The translations under genes were made by a program, and so were the position numbers. A stretch of 61,892 bases of DNA from an uncultured Candidatus Saccharibacteria bacterium (GTDB taxonomy: Bacteria; Patescibacteriota; UBA1384; DTJR01): contig CAZOJE010000004.1 of the NCBI GenBank assembly GCA_964580065.1, positions 1 through 61,892 of the forward strand. The letters are read 5' to 3'. Numbering within the stretch: the stretch's first letter is position 1; each line of letters opens with the position of its first letter. The notes under the pieces were generated by a model. It was not told the DNA's origin. It did not search any database and saw only the letters and a list, made by a program, of their open reading frames with translations. Of the stretch, positions 16,143-26,258 are shown piece after piece.

Positions 16143-17069
16143 ATGGCTAAAGTGCTTGTAACTGGTGGGGCCGGTTTTATTGGCTCAAATTTAGTTGATG
16201 CGTTAATTGAAAAAAATCATGAGGTTGCCGTGGTTGATAATCTTTCAACCGGCCGCCAAGAAAATCTTAATCCTCAAGCACATTTTTACAAAATAGACAT
16301 CACCGACCAAGAGCCATTGAGCGAGGTTTTTGCCAAAGAAAAACCCGAGATTATTTTTCATCTTGGCGCTCAAGCCAGTGTCAACACTAGCGTCGAAAAT
16401 CCTGCTCTCGATATCAGCGTCAACGTGATCGGCACGGTTAACTTATTAGAGCTGTGCCGCCAACACAACATTAAAAAAATTATTTTTTCCTCAACCGGCG
16501 GCGCCATTTACGGCGACCAAGCGCCACGACCCACAAACGAAACCGCCGAGCAGCTGCCCGCTACTCCCTACGGTATGGACAAGCTTGCCGCCGAAAAATA
16601 CATCAATTTTTATCAAAACAACTATGATCTAAAACCGGTTATTTTACGCTACGCCAACGTTTATGGTCCGCGGCAAAACCCGCACGGCGAAGCCGGTGTT
16701 ATCGCCATCTTTACTGACCGAATGCTGAAAAATACACCTTACAACCTCTATGGCGACGGCGAGCAAACCCGCGATTTTGTTTTTGTCGGCGATGTCGTTC
16801 GGGCAAATTTAGCCGCCTTGGAATATAATAAAACAGGCATATTTAATATTGGCTCCGGTCGCGAAACGTCCGTCAATCAGGTTATCGAGTTGCTGCAAAA
16901 ATACTCCGGCAGTAGCTTACCGCCAACAAAAATGCCCGCCAAACTTGAACAAAGAAATAGCTGTCTTGACAGCTCGCTGGCCCAAGAAAAACTTAATTGG
17001 CAACCATCAGCCGATATCGAAGAAGGCCTGAAAAAAACAATCGAATTTTACAAAAATTCCCTTAAATAA
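16143..17069 (+). CDS. NAD-dependent epimerase/dehydratase, UDP-glucose 4-epimerase-like
   Basis: The ATG at 16143 is preferred, with GGAGGT 6 nt upstream. The N-terminus is MAKVLVTGGAGFIGSNL (Rossmann GxxGxxG). The extended-SDR YxxxK is present (PYGMDKLAAEKY). Confidence 0.85.
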   Translation: MAKVLVTGGAGFIGSNLVDALIEKNHEVAVVDNLSTGRQENLNPQAHFYKIDITDQEPLSEVFAKEKPEIIFHLGAQASVNTSVENPALDISVNVIGTVNLLELCRQHNIKKIIFSSTGGAIYGDQAPRPTNETAEQLPATPYGMDKLAAEKYINFYQNNYDLKPVILRYANVYGPRQNPHGEAGVIAIFTDRMLKNTPYNLYGDGEQTRDFVFVGDVVRANLAALEYNKTGIFNIGSGRETSVNQVIELLQKYSGSSLPPTKMPAKLEQRNSCLDSSLAQEKLNWQPSADIEEGLKKTIEFYKNSLK

Positions 17070-17074
17070 ATATT

Positions 17075-17764
17075 ATGAAATTAGCCATTGTTATTCCCGT
17101 TTTTAATGAGGGGGTCGTAATCCGCGAACTAATTGAAAGTTTGCCTAAAAAAATCGATGGGATTGATAAAATTGTCGTCATTGCCGTCAATGACGGTTCA
17201 ACTGATAATTCTTCAGACGAAATCCGCAAAACCAAGGCCCTGCTAGTCGAGCACCCCATCAATATGGGCGCCGGTGCCGCCACCGTAACTGGTTTGGAGG
17301 CGGCCAGTAAGATCGGCGCCGATTTAGCCATCACCCTAGACGGCGACGGTCAGCACGACCCCAAAGACATTCAAAAACTGGTCAAGCCGATTTTACAAAA
17401 CAGAGCCGATTTAGTTATCGGCGTGCGCTCTCAAAAATCCAGCCAAATGCCCGCAATCAAAAAAATTGGCAACGCCGGCTTAAATCTGATAACCTATGCT
17501 TTATCCCGCACTTGGACAACCGATTCCCAATCCGGCTTTAAATGTTTTTCGCGCGAAGCAATTGACAAGCTTGAAGTCGAAGGTTTCGGCTATGAATTTT
17601 GCTCCGAAATCATTATGGAAGCAAAACGCAAAAATATTCGCATCGCCGAAGTGCCGATTAGTGTAATTTATTCTGAATATTCCAAGAAAAAAGGCCAAAG
17701 TATTTTTAACGGCACCAACATCGTATTAAAATTATTATTTAAAAAACTAACAAAATCATTATGA
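17075..17764 (+). CDS. GT2 glycosyltransferase, polyprenol-phosphate sugar synthase (DPM1-like)
   Basis: It contains IVIPVFNE....VNDGSTD...DGDGQHDP, the typical GT-A/GT2 DxD architecture. Confidence 0.85.
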   Translation: MKLAIVIPVFNEGVVIRELIESLPKKIDGIDKIVVIAVNDGSTDNSSDEIRKTKALLVEHPINMGAGAATVTGLEAASKIGADLAITLDGDGQHDPKDIQKLVKPILQNRADLVIGVRSQKSSQMPAIKKIGNAGLNLITYALSRTWTTDSQSGFKCFSREAIDKLEVEGFGYEFCSEIIMEAKRKNIRIAEVPISVIYSEYSKKKGQSIFNGTNIVLKLLFKKLTKSL

Positions 17765-18105
17765 CAATCATTGCCAAAATCCTCGCCGCTTTTTTTGCGA
17801 TCGTTGTAATTTCCCGCTCGGTCACCGATTATCGCAGCAAAAAAGAATCTCTAACTATGACTGCTTTTTGGATCATTGTTTGGCTGGCCATTGCCGCGAT
17901 CGCTTTTTTCCCAACTTTAGTCGACGAAGCCATTAGATTGTCCGACGACAGCCGCTCGGGACTTGGCACAGTTTTTGGCATGGGTCTTGTGTTTGTCCTT
18001 TTCATCAGCTATCGCATTTACGTCAAAGCCAATCGAGTGGAAAAAGCTTTGGCAAAACTTGCTAGGGATTTTTGTCTTTCAAAGATCAAAGATGAAAAGA
18101 AATAA
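17761..18105 (+). CDS. DUF2304-like small membrane protein
   Basis: The 114-aa protein has 3-4 TM segments. Its start overlaps the GT2 stop in an ATGA, the pairing commonly seen for DUF2304. Confidence 0.65.
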   Translation: MTIIAKILAAFFAIVVISRSVTDYRSKKESLTMTAFWIIVWLAIAAIAFFPTLVDEAIRLSDDSRSGLGTVFGMGLVFVLFISYRIYVKANRVEKALAKLARDFCLSKIKDEKK

Positions 18106-20074
18106 ATTTTTTCTCCTAGCGTTTACGCCACTGCTTTTGTATGGCATTTCGTTATTCTTTCAAGATATTTTAATCGGTAAAATAATCTTCTCTCTCGCGG
18201 GGATTTTTTTAGTTTTGCTTCAGGGATACCTTTTGCAAAGAGTTTTGAAACTGGAAAATTTTGGCCTCATTTTCATCATTCCCCTTTCTTTTTTGGTACT
18301 AACTTTCGGAGCAATTTTTTCGACCAGACTGTTTGGCGTTTCATCTAGTTTTGCCCCGCCGCTTTGTCTTGTGGGAGAAAATATAGTCCTACTGATCGCC
18401 AATATGTTTTTTAGAGAAAAAGAAAATTATGAACTGATTTTTGAACCAAAATTAGTTTTTTGGGCGGCGGTGCCAGTAATTTTATTTTTGCTCTGCTTCT
18501 GGATTTACCCTTATTTTGTCGGCGATGATACCTACGTACTAGCCACATCACTGCGAGAATCAATTCAAGCCAATCAAATTATTCAACCCTTTTCCGACCG
18601 TCGACCATTTTTCACCCCGCTAGTCGTTTTTCTTAAAACAGCCCTTGGTCTGTCGATTAAAAATATTCTAATTTTCGTCCTCCCGCTGGGAGCGATTTTA
18701 AGTTTTATGTCGCCACTGGCGATTTTAAAAAAACAAATAACAAAAAATTGGTGGCTGGGAATTTGGAGCGTCGTTTTTTTGGCCTCACCCTACTTATTCT
18801 TTCAGTTGCAGTATGCCATTCCGCAAAGCTTAGTTTTAATTTTCACCTATCCCGTTTTAATGTTGCTCACTTTAGCCGTTAAAGAGCAAAATTATATTTT
18901 CTTTAGCACCGCTTTTTTATTTTCGGCACTTTCTTTGGGTTTTCACGAGCTCGGGGCGATTCTTTTGGCCTGTTCGTTCATCGCCTTCATTACGATGATT
19001 TTTCGATCGGCAAAAACCGATTGGCGCAAAACTCTCAAAGGATTGTTTGTCGCCGCCATCATAATTTTTCCCTACCTCTTGATTTTTCACGTTTTTTCAA
19101 AATTCAAGGCAATTTCTTTCATTCCAAAATTTCTCATTAATAATTTGCCGACCAAATTTCATTTTGAATGGTGGTATGTTGATTATTATCTCAACCCTGA
19201 CGGGATTGTTTTTTCTTACCCCGGGATTATGGGCATTTTTTGGTACCTTTTTTTAGGTGCTCTCGTTGTTTTTCTTTTTGTCCTTGCGCTACTATTTTTA
19301 AAGAAAAAAATTTCTTGGCTCAATTTTTCAAATAATTTGCCTTTGATTTTTTATCTTTTAATTTTGTTTTTTGTCGCCGAGATCTATCCCCGCTTTGCCA
19401 AAGTTGCTTTTTTGCCTGAAAGAGCATGGCCTTTTCTGGCGGCCGGATTGTCTTTATTGAGCGTCCTGCTAGTCAGCCATTGTGTGAAACAAAAAATAAA
19501 TTTTAAAGCCATTAAAATTTTGAGCGCCGCTTGCTTGATTTCTGTTCTCGCCGGTTGTGGCGGTTCAATTTATCTCACCACAAATAGAGGTCTGCTCCTT
19601 TCAAGAGAAGAGGCCGGCGCTATTCAATATATCAATCAACAAACGCCCGCAGACGCTGTTTTGGTTTCCACTCAATCATATAACGAAAATATAGCCGCTT
19701 TTTCTGATCGAGTTTTTGTTACCCTCTCGAGAAAGAAATACGATAATTTAAACAATCTGCTGGGCGATCGGAAAAAAGAAATAGAGGAGGCAAATAAAAA
19801 CCAAATCGCAGTCGAGCACAAAATAATTTACAAAGCTAATGGCGAAGTAGCTTCCGACACAAAAAAAGACATTGGATACAATGAATATAATTTAAATAAA
19901 ATTTATTTTGTCTATTCGATACATCGGTTTGAAAAAACAAAATTTGTCGGCAATTCCAACTATTTTGCCAAGAATGACATTGAAAATAAAGCTCTTTTTG
20001 AAAATCCGGTTAGTCAGCCCAACGGCGATCTAGTGTACAATAAAAACGGTGTCATAATTTTTAAACTTAAATGA
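18092..20074 (+). CDS. Polytopic membrane protein, GT-C-like (ArnT/PMT-type) glycosyltransferase candidate
   Basis: The supplied ORF starts at 17963 inside the previous gene. The ATG at 18092 (MKRNKFFLLAF) is preferred. It has more than 10 predicted TM helices followed by a soluble C-terminal domain. Confidence 0.65.
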   Translation: MKRNKFFLLAFTPLLLYGISLFFQDILIGKIIFSLAGIFLVLLQGYLLQRVLKLENFGLIFIIPLSFLVLTFGAIFSTRLFGVSSSFAPPLCLVGENIVLLIANMFFREKENYELIFEPKLVFWAAVPVILFLLCFWIYPYFVGDDTYVLATSLRESIQANQIIQPFSDRRPFFTPLVVFLKTALGLSIKNILIFVLPLGAILSFMSPLAILKKQITKNWWLGIWSVVFLASPYLFFQLQYAIPQSLVLIFTYPVLMLLTLAVKEQNYIFFSTAFLFSALSLGFHELGAILLACSFIAFITMIFRSAKTDWRKTLKGLFVAAIIIFPYLLIFHVFSKFKAISFIPKFLINNLPTKFHFEWWYVDYYLNPDGIVFSYPGIMGIFWYLFLGALVVFLFVLALLFLKKKISWLNFSNNLPLIFYLLILFFVAEIYPRFAKVAFLPERAWPFLAAGLSLLSVLLVSHCVKQKINFKAIKILSAACLISVLAGCGGSIYLTTNRGLLLSREEAGAIQYINQQTPADAVLVSTQSYNENIAAFSDRVFVTLSRKKYDNLNNLLGDRKKEIEEANKNQIAVEHKIIYKANGEVASDTKKDIGYNEYNLNKIYFVYSIHRFEKTKFVGNSNYFAKNDIENKALFENPVSQPNGDLVYNKNGVIIFKLK

Positions 20075-20898
20075 AATATCTCGTCAGCGTTGTCATACCT
20101 TTATTTAACGGGGAAAAAACAATTAGGAAAGCTGTTGATAGCGTCATAGAGCAAACTTTGTTTGATAAAACCGAGCTTATTTTAATTGACGACGGTTCGG
20201 AAGATAAAAGTTTCCAAATCGCTGAAAAGTTGGCGAAAAAATATCCTAAGAACATTTTTGCCCTAAAAAATCCGCATAATCTCGGGATTGCCAAAACTCA
20301 AAATATCGGTTTGAAGCGCGCAACGGGCAAATACGTTGCCCGCCTCGATCAAGACGATTTATGGATTGACAATGAAAAGCTCAAAAAGCAAGCGGCGGCG
20401 CTCGAAAAAGACCCTTCGCTTGGCTTAGTGGGAACTTGGACAAAAGTAGCCAACGCCAATGGCCCTGATTTTATGATGATTCCTCCGACCGAAGATCAAA
20501 AAATCCGAGAAAAAATGTTGATGGCCTGTATGTTTGTTGCCCCTTCGGTTATGTTCCGCAAAGCGTTAAGCGAAAAAATCGGTTTTTATCGCGAAGATTT
20601 AAAATACGGCACCGAAGATTACGAGTATTGGCTTAGAATCGGCACGGTGGCCAAATTCAAAAATATTCCGGAGTATTGTCTGGAATATCATTTTCACCCA
20701 GCTTCTTATTCGAATCAGAATAAAATTATGGCGATCCGCGAACACGTTTCAATTATCAAAAATTATAAAACTGCTTATCCCCATTTTACAAGATCTTATC
20801 TTAAAAATTCGATCCAATATAATCTTTTGAAAATTAAATTTTTAAGAAAAATTTATAATTACATCGTTCCCCGCATCGCCGGTAAAATTTACTCATGA
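20071..20898 (+). CDS. GT2 family glycosyltransferase
   Basis: It contains VSVVIPLFNGEKTI...IDDGSED...RLDQDD, and its start overlaps the preceding stop. Confidence 0.85.
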   Translation: MKYLVSVVIPLFNGEKTIRKAVDSVIEQTLFDKTELILIDDGSEDKSFQIAEKLAKKYPKNIFALKNPHNLGIAKTQNIGLKRATGKYVARLDQDDLWIDNEKLKKQAAALEKDPSLGLVGTWTKVANANGPDFMMIPPTEDQKIREKMLMACMFVAPSVMFRKALSEKIGFYREDLKYGTEDYEYWLRIGTVAKFKNIPEYCLEYHFHPASYSNQNKIMAIREHVSIIKNYKTAYPHFTRSYLKNSIQYNLLKIKFLRKIYNYIVPRIAGKIYS

Positions 20899-21758
20899 GT
20901 ATAAAAGTTTCCATCATCATTCCCGTTTATAACGACGGAAAGCATCTTCCCCAAACTCTTGATTCGATTAATGAAGAAATAAGTCACGAGATTATTATTG
21001 TTGACGACGGTTCAGATAATCCTGAAACCAAGCAAACCATCAGCCAATTGGAGCAAAGCAAAAAATACAAAATTATTCGACAAAAAAACGCCGGTTCCGG
21101 AAAAGCCCGAAATGCAGGAGCTAAAGAAGCCGCCGGTGATTATCTTCTTTTTTTGGATTCCGATGACTTATTGGAAAAAAACTTCTGCACCAAAATGGCG
21201 CGCATTCTCGACCAAAATCCAAAAATAAGCTTTTGCTATCCTAACGAATTATTATTTGGTTCCAGAACCGGTTTTTGGAATGTTCCCGAATACGATCCCA
21301 AGCTTCTTCTTTATTATCAATATTTCATGGTTACTTCACTGATTCGAAAAAGCGATTTTAGCCGTTTGGGTGGGTTTGATCCAAGGTTTAAATATTTAGA
21401 AGATCGTGAATTTTGGGTTCGTTCGGCCGCTAAAGGCCTTATCGGCCAAAAAGCACCCGTTCTTCACTTTTACCGACATCACGCCTTAAGCAAGACTTCA
21501 GCCGTAAATAAGAGCAAAATAATGAACTGCTGGGAAAAGAAAATCCGCCGCAAACACAAAGCTCACTATCATCTGTCAGATTTTTTCAATAAAAAAGTTT
21601 TGTTTTATTCTTTATATATTCGCTTTTTTTACTTTATCCCAACATCGGTAAAAAATTTTGTTTTAAAACGCGGCTTGCGAGAACTAAAAAAACAGGGCTA
21701 TGACCTCCAAGATTTTCCAGCTGAAGTTAGGAACTACTACGAGAAAACGCGGTTTTAA
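20895..21758 (+). CDS. GT2 family glycosyltransferase
   Basis: It contains VSIIIPVYNDGKHL...VDDGSDN...FLDSDD, and its start overlaps the preceding stop in an ATGA. Confidence 0.85.
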   Translation: MSIKVSIIIPVYNDGKHLPQTLDSINEEISHEIIIVDDGSDNPETKQTISQLEQSKKYKIIRQKNAGSGKARNAGAKEAAGDYLLFLDSDDLLEKNFCTKMARILDQNPKISFCYPNELLFGSRTGFWNVPEYDPKLLLYYQYFMVTSLIRKSDFSRLGGFDPRFKYLEDREFWVRSAAKGLIGQKAPVLHFYRHHALSKTSAVNKSKIMNCWEKKIRRKHKAHYHLSDFFNKKVLFYSLYIRFFYFIPTSVKNFVLKRGLRELKKQGYDLQDFPAEVRNYYEKTRF

Positions 21759-22893
21759 AAGCCGTAGCCGTTTTGCGAAAGATCGGTGAGAAAATTGATT
21801 TCTTTTTTAATTTTAAGGCCTGCTTTTCCACTAAGTGCCATGACAGGCCGGCAATTACCAAAGTTACAAAGTATGAAATCAAGAAATATTCCGGCAAACT
21901 AATTTTGGCGCGGAGAAAATGAGTGACCGTTTGCTGAACGGGAAAAGCGTAAACGTACATGCCGTACGAGAAATCGCCATATTTTCCGAAATTGCGTAGA
22001 ATCGGCGTGTCCACAAGATAAGCAAATGACAGAATTAGGTACGGTAAGGTCAAAAGCAGAATTAAGTCAAAATTAGACGTGCCGTATGATATCGCTAGGG
22101 CCGCCAAAGCAAAAAGGGCCACTCTATAGTCGAGAATAACGTGGCGACGGTAAACATAGCAAAGGGAACCGGCAGCGAAAAAGATGGCTAATCTAAAAAA
22201 CTGAAATGCCGAAATACACAAGAAACTCGCGCTTTGAAATTCACTTTGAGCAAAAATGCGCCAATTCAAAAAAATTACCAGTAGAATTATAACTGGCAGT
22301 ATAATTTTGCGCTTGGAAAAAATGCCCAAGGCACCCAAGAGAGCGACAAAAATATACAGCCAAAATTCGATCGGCAACGTCCAAAGCGAACCGTTGACCG
22401 CGCTATAAAGAGGATTACCCTGAAAAACCCCGGGCAAATCAGATCGGGTTTGCATAAAAATATTGCGTAAATAATCCCATGTTAATGGATTGGAAAAATA
22501 TTCTCTGGACGAAAGTGTTGTCACCATTGGCCCAACCACAAAAATGGCCAACAAAGTCGTGCAAACCAAAGCCGGAAAAATTCTTAAAATTCTTTTTTTG
22601 AAATATTTTATTATCTGGGGACTATCAAGCCAGCTTTTAGTCACCAAAAAACCGCTTATAAAGAAAAAAGTCGACAGTGCCAGAGAACCAAACGGGACAT
22701 GGCTCAAGGTAAAGGCCACGGAGGAGGCCTGTAAACCCAAACCATAAAGTGGAAAGCTGTGGCCAAAAATTACCAAGCTGGCGGCTAAAAAACGCAAAAA
22801 ATCAAAATTATTGGCAAAAAAATCAATTTGATCAAGAGCAACCATTTTGCCCTTGGCAGTTTTTCTCCTTTTAACCACTACCGCTTCCCCCAT
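21727..22893 (-). CDS. Acyltransferase family 3 (membrane O-acyltransferase, OatA-like core)
   Basis: It has about 10 TM segments and the FLRFLAASLVIFGHSF motif region typical of acyltransferase_3. The start is uncertain (alternative ATG at 22845). Confidence 0.75.
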   Translation of the reverse strand: MGEAVVVKRRKTAKGKMVALDQIDFFANNFDFLRFLAASLVIFGHSFPLYGLGLQASSVAFTLSHVPFGSLALSTFFFISGFLVTKSWLDSPQIIKYFKKRILRIFPALVCTTLLAIFVVGPMVTTLSSREYFSNPLTWDYLRNIFMQTRSDLPGVFQGNPLYSAVNGSLWTLPIEFWLYIFVALLGALGIFSKRKIILPVIILLVIFLNWRIFAQSEFQSASFLCISAFQFFRLAIFFAAGSLCYVYRRHVILDYRVALFALAALAISYGTSNFDLILLLTLPYLILSFAYLVDTPILRNFGKYGDFSYGMYVYAFPVQQTVTHFLRAKISLPEYFLISYFVTLVIAGLSWHLVEKQALKLKKKSIFSPIFRKTATAFKTAFSRSSS

Positions 22894-23585
22894 TTGGCTG
22901 ACGAGAGCAAAAATTCGGCAAATTTAAGGTCAATCGGCCCATTTATATCGACCGATCTTTCGGGTGGCATTTCAAAACCGAGGATTTTTTCCCCGTAAAC
23001 CGAACCATTAAGCAAGATTTCTCTTTTAGTTAAATATATTGCCCCGTTTCGGCGATAGAGGGCGCGCCGGCTTTGTCTGGGCAAGCCCTCCAAATTTTTT
23101 TCGTCCTGAAAAGCCGACTCAACCAGACCGCCCTCATTTAAATATTTAACTTTTTCTAGCGATAAATCGGTAAATTTTTCTAAACTGACCACACAGTCGG
23201 GTTGGTTCTTGCGGGCGATTTCAATGGCCATATCGATATCCTCAACCGCCCGAAAAGGTGAAGTTGGCTGAATCGTTAAAATATAATCATAGGTTTGGCC
23301 GGTAATCTTTTCGTATTCCTGAAGAGCATGGATCAGAACCGGCACGTGCTTGACATCATCGCCAGCCAGTTCCGCCGGACGCATAAAAGGAACTTTGACG
23401 CCATAAATACGGCCAACTTCAGCAATTTCTTCATCGTCAGTTGACAAAATGACATCGGTTAAACCGCTTTTCAGGGCCGTGTCAACTGAATAAGCCAAAA
23501 TCGGCTTGCCCGCCAAATCAGCAATATTTTTTTTGTGAATACTTTTTGAGCCCCCGCGAGCCGTGATTATGCCAATAACCTTCAT
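22878..23585 (-). CDS. neuA: Acylneuraminate (nonulosonic acid) cytidylyltransferase family
   Basis: The N-terminus MKVIGIITARGGSKSIHKKNI is characteristic of CMP-NeuAc/CMP-Kdo-type cytidylyltransferases. It is linked to neuB and neuC. Confidence 0.8.
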   Translation of the reverse strand: MKVIGIITARGGSKSIHKKNIADLAGKPILAYSVDTALKSGLTDVILSTDDEEIAEVGRIYGVKVPFMRPAELAGDDVKHVPVLIHALQEYEKITGQTYDYILTIQPTSPFRAVEDIDMAIEIARKNQPDCVVSLEKFTDLSLEKVKYLNEGGLVESAFQDEKNLEGLPRQSRRALYRRNGAIYLTKREILLNGSVYGEKILGFEMPPERSVDINGPIDLKFAEFLLSSAKWGKR

Positions 23586-24937
23586 CTTGTTATTTCCTTA
23601 GATAATCTTGCGCCGTTGGCCCCGTCAAGCCGCCCCACCATATCACTTACCAACATTGCCCTTTCCCGTTTTTTATAATCGTTTTTCAAGACTTGTTCAA
23701 TAGTCTTATTAAGCACCCTTTTTTTGTCCACAATCGGAATAGCCCCAAATTGCGACAAGTGGCGAATGTGGTCGTAATCATAAAATCTTTTATTTGAACT
23801 ATAATAAGATGTTTTTTTATCGTCAATGGCAATATGAATCACCGGCGTACCAACCGCCAAGGCCTCCAAGGAAACGGTTGAAGCAATATTTAGGACAACG
23901 TCGGAAGATTTGAGCAAAGCGGTGTAGTGATCAATTCCTTCCGACGTGAAACACTGACCGTCTCTGGCGCGAAAATCATTTTGATTAACTTTCTCAAGGG
24001 AAACATTTTTTTTATTGGCTAAAGCACGAAAGTTCGCCATATTATTTTTCGGGTGAATTCGCACTCGTAAGTGCCATTTAAAATCTAATTTCTTCAGCTC
24101 ATTGTAAATTTCTTCGATGACAAGGTTTTCATTCGGAATCGTGCTTGGCGTTCCAGTGGTGTAGGTTAGCAACCGACAATCTTCGGGAATGTGTTGACTT
24201 TTTTTGAATCTCTTGGCGTCAGTTTTGCTGATTCCGGCAAATAAATGATCGAGTTGGGGCATGCCCGCAACCGCAATTTTGAATTTCGCTTTAGGATAAT
24301 ACCGGATCAGCTCCTCCTTTTGAAAAGAGTTCCAAACAATGACTTTTTGGAAGTTTTGGCAAATCGGCCCCTTGGCTGAAAGATTATCCCAACTGTGAAC
24401 CATACCGATCATTTTTCTCCCTGTCGATAACGCTTCGGCGATCACAAAAAAATCCGGCTCAAAAGAAATGGCCAAACAAAAAATTAAATCGGGATTTATT
24501 TGCTTAATCAAAAGGGAAAGTTCCTTGTCGCGATAAAGCTTGTACTTGGCTTTTTCGGCAGAAAGATAAATTTTTTTCCAGCCAATAAAAAAAGCCAGAC
24601 AATTTAAAGCCCCAACAAAAAGTCTCAAAGAGGGAGTTAAAGAATAAGCTTTTTCTTTAATTTGGCTGGTTGACGATGGAAAAGCTTTGTTAAAAGCATA
24701 GACGCTTTTGAAAGCCGTCAAGCTCTGTCGAAAACTGGCTTTGGGGAAACTATATTCAATAATTTTAATTTTTTTCAAAATTTTTTGGGGCACTAAGTTA
24801 GCAATTTGCTCCATCGGCAAACCACTCAAAACAAAAATTTCGTATTCTTGAGAGAGCGAATTTATGAATCCTTCGTTATAAATAACGTTTTTAAAACTGG
24901 CGGCAAACGGAGCAGTAATAAGAATTTTTTTAGACAT
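23582..24937 (-). CDS. Uncharacterised GT-B-like protein (paralogue of 26259..27575), candidate nonulosonic-acid/capsule-type transferase
   Basis: It shares motifs with its paralogue: HSWDNLS, R(I/V)HP(K/N)..M and NIASTV..(E/D). The C-terminal half looks like a GT-B nucleotide-sugar binding domain. Confidence 0.6.
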   Translation of the reverse strand: MSKKILITAPFAASFKNVIYNEGFINSLSQEYEIFVLSGLPMEQIANLVPQKILKKIKIIEYSFPKASFRQSLTAFKSVYAFNKAFPSSTSQIKEKAYSLTPSLRLFVGALNCLAFFIGWKKIYLSAEKAKYKLYRDKELSLLIKQINPDLIFCLAISFEPDFFVIAEALSTGRKMIGMVHSWDNLSAKGPICQNFQKVIVWNSFQKEELIRYYPKAKFKIAVAGMPQLDHLFAGISKTDAKRFKKSQHIPEDCRLLTYTTGTPSTIPNENLVIEEIYNELKKLDFKWHLRVRIHPKNNMANFRALANKKNVSLEKVNQNDFRARDGQCFTSEGIDHYTALLKSSDVVLNIASTVSLEALAVGTPVIHIAIDDKKTSYYSSNKRFYDYDHIRHLSQFGAIPIVDKKRVLNKTIEQVLKNDYKKRERAMLVSDMVGRLDGANGARLSKEITR

Positions 24938-26258
24938 TTTTCTTTACCAATTTTTTGGCTAATCCAAACAAGCCCTTAAAATCAAAAGCGATGTAAGGTA
25001 TCTTCAATTCAAATCTTTTTCGAGCCACAAATATTTGTAAAAACAAGGTTAGGGTGTAGCTAATCACCGAGGCCAAAGCCACTCCGCTAAGACCCATTTT
25101 TAACTTTAAGAAAGCCAAGATTAAAAGGGTATTGACAGCCAAACTTGTCGTCAAAATAAAGGCATTGGTTAGCTGGCGGCCGGCGGCGGCATACATATTG
25201 TTAAGGATTTTAGTTCGTCCCAGCGCCACTATGCCAAACGAAAGAATAATGGCCAAAGCAACGCTTGGTTGATAGGAATGCGAATAAAAAATCGGAATGA
25301 AAATGGCGATCAAAATCACAAAAGGAACGAGACAAACGGCATAAAGGGCGGAAAGTTTAGCTAATATCGAGCTAGTAAAAGACGATATTTGCGATTTATC
25401 TTTTTGGCTGGAAATTTGAATTGCCCGCGGAAAATGCGTAACCACGATGGGCTTGCTTAACTCATTGAGCCGTTCCGCTGTGCTGTAAGCAATGCTGAAA
25501 TATCCGACCGATGCCATATCTAAATAACCGGCAATAAAAAACAAACTAATTCTCTGCGAGAGGGTTTGAGCCACACTGTTATAATAAACCGGCAAGCCAT
25601 AAACTAAAAATTTTTTAAATAAAATCAAATCAAAGCTAAGCTTGAAAGGGATTTTGTGCTTACGAAAATCAATGATAATTAAAACCAATCCAATTAAGCT
25701 GGTTAAAAGATAGCCGGCGAAAACCCACTCGACTGAAAATATTTTAGTCACAAACAGGAGCAGAAAGAACGTCACCGGCACCACTTCGTTGATGAGATTA
25801 AATTTATTTGAAAGACTGTATTTTTCCAAACTATAAAAAAGCCCGATCATGTTGACTCGGACAAAATTCAACACAAGATAAATCGCAATAAACAAAGAAA
25901 TAAAATACCGGCCAGAAAGACCGAAATAATAACCCTGTAAATAGCTCGGATCATAAAACAGTATCACGCCTGCACCAACCAGAATGCTAACGACAACGGA
26001 CGTGATGATGACATTTGAGGAAACTTGTTCGACCTTGTAGCGGCCACTGTTGATAAAGTACGACGCCGAGGCCTGCGTGCCCAAACTAATGAACTTACTC
26101 AAAATCGCCGGAATTAACATGATCAAAGCCACGATACCCTGACCGGACGGACCAAGGGCGCGCGCCACCAAAATTGACGAAATAAAACCAAAAACATTTA
26201 GCCAGATATTATTCAAGCCAACCGAAACGGTGTTTTTTAAAAATGGGTCATTTGCCAT
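24930..26258 (-). CDS. Wzx-like polysaccharide flippase (MOP superfamily)
   Basis: The 442-aa protein has about 12-14 TM helices and an N-terminus typical of the polysaccharide biosynthesis protein family. It lies inside the glycan cluster. Confidence 0.75.
   Translation of the reverse strand: MANDPFLKNTVSVGLNNIWLNVFGFISSILVARALGPSGQGIVALIMLIPAILSKFISLGTQASASYFINSGRYKVEQVSSNVIITSVVVSILVGAGVILFYDPSYLQGYYFGLSGRYFISLFIAIYLVLNFVRVNMIGLFYSLEKYSLSNKFNLINEVVPVTFFLLLFVTKIFSVEWVFAGYLLTSLIGLVLIIIDFRKHKIPFKLSFDLILFKKFLVYGLPVYYNSVAQTLSQRISLFFIAGYLDMASVGYFSIAYSTAERLNELSKPIVVTHFPRAIQISSQKDKSQISSFTSSILAKLSALYAVCLVPFVILIAIFIPIFYSHSYQPSVALAIILSFGIVALGRTKILNNMYAAAGRQLTNAFILTTSLAVNTLLILAFLKLKMGLSGVALASVISYTLTLFLQIFVARKRFELKIPYIAFDFKGLFGLAKKLVKKNV

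Noticed and set aside
17963-18091. The upstream extension of the 703-aa membrane-protein ORF.
   Set aside because: It lies entirely inside the DUF2304-like gene in another frame. The ATG at 18092 (MKRNKFF..) gives a typical lysine-rich N-terminus before the first TM helix.
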